Positions 57,401-64,000 of a DNA stretch of 64,000 nucleotides are shown in pieces. A program made the position numbers and the translations under genes. Position 1 is the first letter of the stretch; the number at the start of each line of letters is the position of its first letter. The stretch is from a virus: positions 45,993-109,992 of the IMG/VR virus record IMGVR_UViG_3300026484_000105; one strand, written 5' to 3'. The notes under the pieces are model-generated. The model ran no database searches, had not been told where the DNA came from, and was given only the letters and a program-made list of their open reading frames with translations.

Positions 57401-57490
57401 TAATAAATTAAAGAACAAAAAACATTTAATGCTAGCAGGTAGTGTCTCACTAATATTAAAGTTGCATGCGTTTATTTCCACGGTAATTTG

Positions 57491-57592
57491 AAAAAGAAAA
57501 AAGAATAGAGGATCGCTACGTTATTTTGCTAACGTATGTCCCCTATTTATGGTAGTATCCTATGTATGCATAGATAATCTATCTATGTCATA
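57491..57592 (-). ncRNA. Candidate ~100-nt small regulatory RNA
   Basis: Promoter motif at 57595-57614, 5' hairpin CATAGATA-GAT-TATCTATG, unpaired linker, terminator stem AUAGGGGA...UACGUUA/UAACGUA...UCCUCUAU plus U-tract; no ORF. Confidence 0.6.
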
Positions 57593-57594
57593 TA

Positions 57595-57614
57595 AATAAT
57601 ATATATGTAGAAAA
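57595..57614 (-). promoter_or_regulatory. Early-type promoter driving the candidate sRNA
   Basis: TTTTCTACATATATATTATT. Confidence 0.55.
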
Positions 57615-57666
57615 TCTTCTAAACTCATTATCTTCTATTTAATAAGGTGGAGGCATAAAAGAGGTC

Positions 57667-57700
57667 GTAACATGACATGGCTAAGACCATGTCATGTTAC
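57667..57700 (-). terminator. Hairpin downstream of the major capsid gene
   Basis: GTAACATGACATGG-CTAAGA-CCATGTCATGTTAC. Confidence 0.7.
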
Positions 57701-57748
57701 TGTATCTAAGTGCATTGGGTATTTACTTATCGCTTTTGAAACTACCTA

Positions 57749-59917
57749 CTAAACTGTTTTAATGTTTTTAGTAATTTTACCTAACGAATCTTCAATTCCA
57801 GAGATGTTAACTACTGACATGATCGGTAGTTGTGGTACATGTAAGAATCTTGGTAATGTAGAAAGTTCTCTAACAATATTACCACCTCTATTTGCAACAA
57901 CATCTAGTGAAACTTCTGGAGACCAGAAACATACACCAAACCCAAGTGGGTTAACTTTTTCATTTTTAGTAGAACCAGTATCACCAAATGTAATAAACAT
58001 TTTACCAGCAACTAATGGATTCATTGTAGTAGCAATATGAACATCAAACTCTGAACCAAGATCAACTTTACCAGAACCATTTGTAAGATATTGTGCAGTT
58101 CTGCTATCTGTACCTATAAGTACTGAAGTTTTACCAGCAGTTCCACCATTAAGAACTTTACTTGCAACAGCATAATTAGAATCAGTAAACATTTTAATAA
58201 CTTCATCTTTGATTTTACCAACAAGCGTACCTTTGATATCTTCCATTTTCTCACCAGATCTAACTGAATCAACATTGTTAGCAACATTTAAGTTAGTTTC
58301 ATTGTAGTATGCATCTACAAAGAATCTTGATACACCAAGGATTGCAGCATCTTTAACATTTCCATTTGCAGTAATTTGTCTTAATGTTTCAGAGAACATT
58401 ACAAGAGCGTTTACGGCTTCAAGAGACATTTTAATACCTGTGAATGCAATTTGAGAAGCAAGGTATGTAGCGTCATTATCAGTATCATTAGAGTTACCAA
58501 TAGTTTTAAGAATTGTAACACCTGATCTAACTGGAACAGTATAGATTTGGTTATGAATATCAACACCAACTAATTGACCTCTTTGTCTAATATTAGAGTT
58601 AGTTGTGTAAGCTTCAACAGAGTAAGCTCTTGGTTTACAAGTTTCAATAACTGCAGCAATTGCTTTGTAGTTTTCATCATCTTCTTCAAGAATGTTTCCA
58701 CCAGCATCTAAGATCTCTACTAATCTAACTGAAGATGCATATAGAGCGATATCACCAATATGTGTATTACCATCACCATGTAGTACTAGCTCTACTCTAA
58801 CAGTATAGTTTTGTGCAAGTTGTGCTAAGATAGCTGAACCAGCTCCATCCCATTTTTTAGTAGCAGCAGTATTTAAAATCATTGCATCTGTTGTAAATGC
58901 CATTGAGATATCTTTGTTATGATCTTGTGTGCTATGTGTAAAGTTTGAATGTGGTAACATTGCAATGTTGAATTTGAAAGTTTCAGTAATTTCTTTATCA
59001 TCAGCATCTTTACCAGTAAGATCAAAGAATACATCTTTAACTTGCACTCTTCTATCAAGAGCATCAGTATTATCCATAACACCTTTAGCAAGTTGTGCAT
59101 CAGTTTGCGAAACACCTAATAGAGAAATAGCTTTACCCATTTTCAATGGAGCAGTTGTAATCTTCTCACCTTTTTCAGCATTAACAGATTTAAGATCAGC
59201 AGCAAGTACACCTTCAGCTTCTTTTCTAAGAACAGGAACAAGTAGGTTTTTATCTACAGATAAAATACTTGGATCATGGATTGCTTTAACGATTGATTTT
59301 TTGTTAAATTTACCTTTATCAGATGCGCCAGAAGTGCTTCTTGTAACTTCATCATAAAGATTGATAACTCTAGCTTCAATAGATGCACCAGAAGTTGTTG
59401 GATCGATTGTAACTGTTGGGAAGAATAGTTCACCAAATGCATCTTGTTTAGAAGCAAGTAAATTATATATAACAGAGAAATAAACTGCAGAGTTTAAAGT
59501 TTGACCATCAAAAGATTCCATAGAGATATTATCCATATCCACCATATCTTCAAGACCAAGAGCATCACCATCAACTGTACCAACTACATTTTGCGCAGTA
59601 ACAGGTTTTAAAGAACCTAGGTTTTCTCTAGCAGCAGTAGGGTCCATTGCAAGACCAGCAACAAGTTGAGCAGCCTTAAGTTGTGCAGCAGTTACCTGAC
59701 CAGCATCCATACCTTCAGTAGAGATAACCGTATCAATAGTATTTTTCACTATCTCATTAAGAGATTCTAAAGAAGCGTTTGCAGTTTGTGCAGTAGCAAC
59801 ATCCATTGATTCAGAAGAGATTACAACCTGTGCAATTTCTGGTCTGTTTGTAAGTCCATGTACTGTAAGACCTGATTTTATTCCATCTACTAGTGTAGCA
59901 ATTTGATTTTTATCCAT
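57749..59917 (-). CDS. Major capsid protein (phiKZ gp120-like)
   Basis: 722 aa; propeptide with S-x-E sites (ISSE, ASLE, ISTE, ISME|SFD); YNLLASKQDAFGELFFPT, NSNIRQRG, IGTD, PRFLHV..LP motifs; strong codon bias; close to the DnaB-like gene. Confidence 0.9.
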   Translation of the reverse strand: MDKNQIATLVDGIKSGLTVHGLTNRPEIAQVVISSESMDVATAQTANASLESLNEIVKNTIDTVISTEGMDAGQVTAAQLKAAQLVAGLAMDPTAARENLGSLKPVTAQNVVGTVDGDALGLEDMVDMDNISMESFDGQTLNSAVYFSVIYNLLASKQDAFGELFFPTVTIDPTTSGASIEARVINLYDEVTRSTSGASDKGKFNKKSIVKAIHDPSILSVDKNLLVPVLRKEAEGVLAADLKSVNAEKGEKITTAPLKMGKAISLLGVSQTDAQLAKGVMDNTDALDRRVQVKDVFFDLTGKDADDKEITETFKFNIAMLPHSNFTHSTQDHNKDISMAFTTDAMILNTAATKKWDGAGSAILAQLAQNYTVRVELVLHGDGNTHIGDIALYASSVRLVEILDAGGNILEEDDENYKAIAAVIETCKPRAYSVEAYTTNSNIRQRGQLVGVDIHNQIYTVPVRSGVTILKTIGNSNDTDNDATYLASQIAFTGIKMSLEAVNALVMFSETLRQITANGNVKDAAILGVSRFFVDAYYNETNLNVANNVDSVRSGEKMEDIKGTLVGKIKDEVIKMFTDSNYAVASKVLNGGTAGKTSVLIGTDSRTAQYLTNGSGKVDLGSEFDVHIATTMNPLVAGKMFITFGDTGSTKNEKVNPLGFGVCFWSPEVSLDVVANRGGNIVRELSTLPRFLHVPQLPIMSVVNISGIEDSLGKITKNIKTV

Positions 59918-59932
59918 AAGGGATCCTTTGTA

Positions 59933-60460
59933 TTATTTTGTTTTGTTTAAAATTAAAAATTTCTTAAAATGTCTACCATCGTATATATCAGTAGGTTTAA
60001 AATACTTAAATGCAAAATTAATTATTTCATTAATAAGATCTTTTTCAAGCCCCTTATTATTGAATTTTATAAAATTACTAAATCCTTTTTTAAGGATCAC
60101 ATAGATAGTATTATTTTCATATGTCAATAGAATAGTACTTTTGATATCAGTATTACAGGTTTTACCTAAGCTTAAAGAATCAACTACATCTTTAGCAGCT
60201 TCTATAGTCTTGCCATTGCTCATTCTGCGAATATCACTACTGAAACCATCAGTACCAGAATCAACAAACATATACTCCTCGATGAATCTATTTATAGCAA
60301 CAAAATCACTTATATCCATCTTAGCCATCTTATTAAGCTTACAACTGGTGTCATTTATTTTAGTTATATCATCGCTTAAAGTGGTCATGTCAATGTTGTT
60401 TGCATCAAGCGATTGTTTAATGTACCATGGTACAAATACCACTTCTATCTCATTATTCAT
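59933..60460 (-). CDS. Hypothetical protein upstream of the capsid gene
   Basis: 175 aa, GGGAG RBS; syntenic position between helicase and capsid genes. Confidence 0.6.
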   Translation of the reverse strand: MNNEIEVVFVPWYIKQSLDANNIDMTTLSDDITKINDTSCKLNKMAKMDISDFVAINRFIEEYMFVDSGTDGFSSDIRRMSNGKTIEAAKDVVDSLSLGKTCNTDIKSTILLTYENNTIYVILKKGFSNFIKFNNKGLEKDLINEIINFAFKYFKPTDIYDGRHFKKFLILNKTK

Positions 60461-60689
60461 AGAGTTCTCCCTTCTATTATAGTTTTATAAATGTAAACTA
60501 TAAAGATTAACAGCTTATAGCAATTAGACCTAACCATCGCTTCATGCATACTCCTTATAATTATTTATTTACTCATTAAAATTGACTATCTTACGGCATT
60601 TTATAATAAGTATCATAAATACATTTACCTTTAAAAATCTTTTTGATTATTATCAATATCTATGATAAGAATAAATAAAAGGAACCCTA

Positions 60690-62201
60690 ATGCAAAAAAT
60701 AGATATAATCTTTAAATCAATAACTTTATTATATAGAGAATCATTTATACAAGATAATCCCAATAGCAGTAATGATTTAGTTAGAACAGTAATGAAGACT
60801 ATTGTCACTGATGGCAAGTATATGATGATGGGAGGGAGTAGTGATGTTACTGCTAATCTTAAAAAATTTACATTGGATTTATGCAATAATAACGATAGGC
60901 CTTTTGACAAGGAAATGATTAGACAATCAGTTGCATTAATACTTGGTGAAAATACTAATACCTTAGATATCTTAATGAGAACTATAAATGAGGATTTAGA
61001 AACTAATAAATTAAATAGAGTTATCTTAACATTAAAAAGGTATCTTAATAATTACTATAAAGAGTATCAGATTTCAGATATCCTAAGTAATGCTCACTAT
61101 AGATTTAAGAATAATAGATCTGGTATAAAAAGTACTAATGATTTTATTAACAACATGGTTAGTGCTTTAGAATCGCTAGAATTAACGACTAAAAGCAAAG
61201 ACCCAGCTATAGCGAATGAGATAGATCTTGGTGACGATAAGTCATTAGATGAAGTTATGGAAGCGGTTAAGGATGATGGTGTTGCCACAAGTAAATTAAA
61301 GACTGGCTGGCAAGCATTAAATAGGATGACTAGTGGTGGATTTAAAAGAGGTGAGACGGTAACAGTTGGTGCTTTACAACATAAGTATAAATCTGGTTTT
61401 ACGTTAAGTTTATTTGCACAACTTGCAGTATACAATAAACCACAGATGTTAGACGAAACTAAGAAACCACTTATGTTACTAATAAGTCTTGAAGATGATA
61501 TGTCCAATGTTGTTGATTTCTTATATAGATACCTATATAATAATGAACATAATGAGTTACCAGATTTTAGTAAGATAACCGCTAAGGAAGCTTCTAAGTA
61601 TGTTCAGGAGAAACTGGGTGTAAATGGTTATCATGTGAAGATGCTTAGAGTAGATCCAACGGCATGGTCGTTTAAACATTTATTCAACAAGATAATAGAG
61701 TATGAGGCAGCTGGTTATGAGTTACATAGTTTATTTATAGACTACCTAAGCATGATACCAACTATAGGCTGTATAACAACTGGTCCTGGCGGTACGGATC
61801 TTAGAGATCTATTTAGAAGAGTTAGAAACTTCTGTGCAGTAAGAAAGATATTGCACCTTACACCACACCAACTTAGTACTGAAGCTAAACAACTTATTAG
61901 AAATGGTGTACCTGATGCTACATTCGTTAAAGAGATATCTGGTAAAGGTTATTATAGTGGTAGTAGACAATTAGATCAAGAGATAGATTTAGAGTTATAT
62001 ATACATATAGCTAAAATAAATGGTAAACCACATTTAACAGTACAAAGAGGTAAACATAGGGGTGCTCCTATATTAGATGAAAAGTTCCATTATTTTGCAC
62101 TTCCATTTCCAAAACGTGCACCTATACTTGATGATGTTAATGGTGACGATACATCCTATAGTCCTGATGGCGGTTCCGATGACGGTGGATTTGAATTTTA
62201 A
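60690..62201 (+). CDS. dnaB: DnaB-like replicative helicase (phiKZ gp118-like)
   Basis: LKTGWQALNRMTSGGFKRGE, Walker A variant ALQHKYKS, ISLED, FIDYL, TPHQLS, QRGKHR. Confidence 0.88.
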   Translation: MQKIDIIFKSITLLYRESFIQDNPNSSNDLVRTVMKTIVTDGKYMMMGGSSDVTANLKKFTLDLCNNNDRPFDKEMIRQSVALILGENTNTLDILMRTINEDLETNKLNRVILTLKRYLNNYYKEYQISDILSNAHYRFKNNRSGIKSTNDFINNMVSALESLELTTKSKDPAIANEIDLGDDKSLDEVMEAVKDDGVATSKLKTGWQALNRMTSGGFKRGETVTVGALQHKYKSGFTLSLFAQLAVYNKPQMLDETKKPLMLLISLEDDMSNVVDFLYRYLYNNEHNELPDFSKITAKEASKYVQEKLGVNGYHVKMLRVDPTAWSFKHLFNKIIEYEAAGYELHSLFIDYLSMIPTIGCITTGPGGTDLRDLFRRVRNFCAVRKILHLTPHQLSTEAKQLIRNGVPDATFVKEISGKGYYSGSRQLDQEIDLELYIHIAKINGKPHLTVQRGKHRGAPILDEKFHYFALPFPKRAPILDDVNGDDTSYSPDGGSDDGGFEF

Positions 62202-62219
62202 GAAAGAAAAAAATATATG

Positions 62220-62249
62220 CTTATAGTAAGACATTAGTCTTACTATAAG
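62220..62249. terminator. Bidirectional hairpin
   Basis: CTTATAGTAAGAC-ATTA-GTCTTACTATAAG. Confidence 0.7.
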
Positions 62250-62286
62250 TTAGCTCTTAATAAACTATTAGAATATATTTGAGGAA

Positions 62287-62787
62287 TTATGTTCTTTCTT
62301 CATCAACTCTAATCCTAATTGGCTTCATACCCGCAATATCTTTGGTACGTTCATTTGTATAACTAGTCATAAATTCAATATCCAACTTTCTTGTCTTTAC
62401 AGCTAATCTGTACTCTATCTCCTCATCATGCGGTCTAGATGCCATTCCATCAAATGGACACTTTATATACATCTTATTACCGAAGTCTTTACAAATTCTT
62501 GGCCTATGCTCATATACAGAACATTTATCATTTTCTAAAAAGATACATTTATCAGCATCGTTTATTGCCTTGGTACCTTTACGTTTAATCATATAAGAAC
62601 CAGGAATATTTGATTCAACAAGTTTAAGTTTTTTGAACTTAGATTTATAATTCTTTTTGAGTATTCTGAGCTCATTCTCAGTAAAGAGTACATTTGCACC
62701 ACAGCAGTCTCCACCGCAGTTGTTACAAGGCAATTGTGGGTTTTCAACTTCGACATTTCTCATGTCCTCTAATATTTTATCTAACAT
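62287..62787 (-). CDS. YkgJ-family cysteine-cluster (Fe-S/Zn) protein
   Basis: CNNCGGDCC...CIFLENDKCSVYEHRPRICKDFG. Confidence 0.85.
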   Translation of the reverse strand: MLDKILEDMRNVEVENPQLPCNNCGGDCCGANVLFTENELRILKKNYKSKFKKLKLVESNIPGSYMIKRKGTKAINDADKCIFLENDKCSVYEHRPRICKDFGNKMYIKCPFDGMASRPHDEEIEYRLAVKTRKLDIEFMTSYTNERTKDIAGMKPIRIRVDEERT

Positions 62788-62810
62788 GTGTATCCTTTTT
62801 TATTTACTAC

Positions 62811-62832
62811 TTATATTATATATGATTGAAAA
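62811..62832 (-). promoter_or_regulatory. Early-type phage promoter
   Basis: TTTTCAATCATATATAATATAA. Confidence 0.75.
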
Positions 62833-62859
62833 TAAGTGGATTCCAATGAAAGGATATAA

Positions 62860-63066
62860 ATGTATGACTTTTTAGATATACTTGTTCCTACTGCGTTCTT
62901 AATGCCTATGGCGTTAGTATTTATTAATAAGAAAAGAGTACGGTGTACCAATCCTAGATGTAATGGTATAATGGAGAGCTTTATACACATAGGAAATGGT
63001 GTTAGTTCTACTCCAGATAATATACATTTTAAATGTAAAAAATGTGGTAAACAGATACAATGTTAG
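62860..63066 (+). CDS. Small membrane-anchored zinc-ribbon protein
   Basis: N-terminal hydrophobic helix, CTNPRC...CKKC; AAGGA RBS. Confidence 0.55.
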   Translation: MYDFLDILVPTAFLMPMALVFINKKRVRCTNPRCNGIMESFIHIGNGVSSTPDNIHFKCKKCGKQIQC

Positions 63067-63099
63067 TATAGGTATGGACTTAAGTCCATACCTATACTA
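63064..63099. terminator. Perfect 36-bp palindrome spanning two convergent stop codons
   Basis: TAGTATAGGTATGGACTT/AAGTCCATACCTATACTA. Confidence 0.75.
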
Positions 63100-63297
63100 T
63101 CTACCTATTCTCATGTTATCGATAACTTTACTGAGTAGTTCTGTAGTAAAATCAGATCTAAACATCATAAATAGTGAGCTATATAATGCAACAAAACCCG
63201 TTGTTTCAATTATAGTTGGATCCATATTTTTCACAATTGTGAATACGTATACCCCTACAAATATGAAAAAAGCAAATGTACTCTTCCAATTCTTCAT
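63097..63297 (-). CDS. Small two-TM membrane protein (holin-like)
   Basis: 66 aa, two hydrophobic helices, charged C-terminus, strong AAGGAGG RBS. Confidence 0.6.
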   Translation of the reverse strand: MKNWKSTFAFFIFVGVYVFTIVKNMDPTIIETTGFVALYSSLFMMFRSDFTTELLSKVIDNMRIGR

Positions 63298-63311
63298 CTT
63301 GTCCTCCTTAC

Positions 63312-63401
63312 TTAAAATTTATAATCACTTGTTATTGACTCATCTGCAACTTTACCAACTGCTTCAACTAATTCATCACTTGAAGAATCATACATTCCCA
63401 T
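63312..63401 (-). CDS. Possible 29-aa acidic peptide
   Basis: MGMYDSSSDELVEAVGKVADESITSDYKF*; fills the gap between two genes; AAAGG RBS. Confidence 0.35.
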   Translation of the reverse strand: MGMYDSSSDELVEAVGKVADESITSDYKF

Positions 63402-63411
63402 ACTAAAACCT

Positions 63412-63888
63412 TTACTTTAAACTGTTGTAAATTCTTGCTAGTGTATAGTCATCTACACTTTCAGCTGGTATTGGTGGCATCACCATTCCGTTTTTTTGTC
63501 TTCCACCTGTTCTTACATAGGTTTTAAAACTCTCTATACCACCAAATTTACCACTTAGGTTTTGAAGCATCATATCTGGTGTATTATGACACTGAATACA
63601 GACTATACCGTTTAATGCTTTTACACTATTTTTATAGTTATCAAAACTTTCTAGTACAAAATCAAGCTTGCTTTCACTTACTCTTACTCTCTCTTGCATC
63701 CCGTTCATCTGTGAATACATCAAACCAACTACTATAAGAGTAGCAAATACTGCATAACTAAGATACTTATTTAACGGCATCCCTTGTATGGTTTTTTGCT
63801 CTTTTATAAATGAATGCATCTCATCTATCTTTTTAACATACATCGGTATCATATCGTTATAATCTACCTCTTTGTTATCTTGTTGCAT
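63412..63888 (-). CDS. Membrane-anchored monoheme c-type cytochrome
   Basis: TM helix (YLSYAVFATLIVVGLMY), coiled coil, CIQCH heme-attachment motif, distal MVMPP Met-ligand candidate and terminal helix VDDYTLARIYNSL typical of class I cytochrome c; GAGG RBS. Confidence 0.75.
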   Translation of the reverse strand: MQQDNKEVDYNDMIPMYVKKIDEMHSFIKEQKTIQGMPLNKYLSYAVFATLIVVGLMYSQMNGMQERVRVSESKLDFVLESFDNYKNSVKALNGIVCIQCHNTPDMMLQNLSGKFGGIESFKTYVRTGGRQKNGMVMPPIPAESVDDYTLARIYNSLK

Positions 63889-64000
63889 CGTCTAAGTCCT
63901 CTCTCATTTCCTCAATTGTTTTTATAACTTTGGCTTGAACGAGTGTAAAAACCTCCCCACTAGCACTTGCAAACATACAACTTATAAAGGTTAAAAGGCT
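63875..64000 (-). CDS. C-terminus of a hydrophobic (possibly holin-like) protein; partial
   Basis: ...SLLTFISCMFASASGEVFTLVQAKVIKTIEEMREDLDDATR*, overlapping the cytochrome start. Confidence 0.45.
   Translation of the reverse strand, partial: SLLTFISCMFASASGEVFTLVQAKVIKTIEEMREDLDDATR

Noticed and set aside
57400-57750. tRNA or tmRNA in the long intergenic region
   Set aside because: No cloverleaf, T-loop GTTC motif or CCA end recognised.
12520-60670. Short (A/T)(A/T)TGA element 20-35 nt upstream of many late genes as a late promoter
   Set aside because: Plausible by analogy to the phiKZ TATG element, but too short and AT-rich to support without a motif-enrichment test.

Overview
AT-rich (roughly 30% GC by eye) segment of a phiKZ-like jumbo bacteriophage genome. 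Conserved core genes, largely in phiKZ-like neighbourhoods, are present: virion RNA polymerase beta' (gp180-like), a 2491-aa tail-associated lysin/tape-measure protein (gp181-like), RuvC, a two-component spanin, a central tail spike, an SbcC-like ATPase, RNase H, UvsX/RecA, vRNAP beta C-terminal subunit (gp149-like), probable portal, nvRNAP beta N-terminal subunit (gp123-like), major capsid protein (gp120-like) and DnaB-like helicase (gp118-like). phiKZ gene numbers are recalled from motifs and synteny, not from a search. Between them lie minus-strand accessory cassettes, each opened by a conserved early-type promoter (TTTTCAAYCRTATATWATW) and usually a 5' hairpin; these include a bacterial-type topoisomerase IA. 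Highlights: (1) a ~100-nt candidate small RNA with its own promoter and terminator whose unpaired linker is antisense to a conserved 20-nt leader hairpin in three early cassettes; (2) a membrane-anchored c-type cytochrome in a cluster of small membrane-protein genes; (3) the vRNAP beta' ORF stopping inside its catalytic GAD|FDGD motif, followed by a zinc-finger-repeat homing endonuclease; (4) several accessory genes carrying short captured fragments of core genes (RNAP beta, DnaB, DNA polymerase exonuclease, FN3-like virion repeat). The host is Gram-negative (spanins) and possibly Campylobacterota (inference). No tRNA, rRNA or CRISPR array was recognised.
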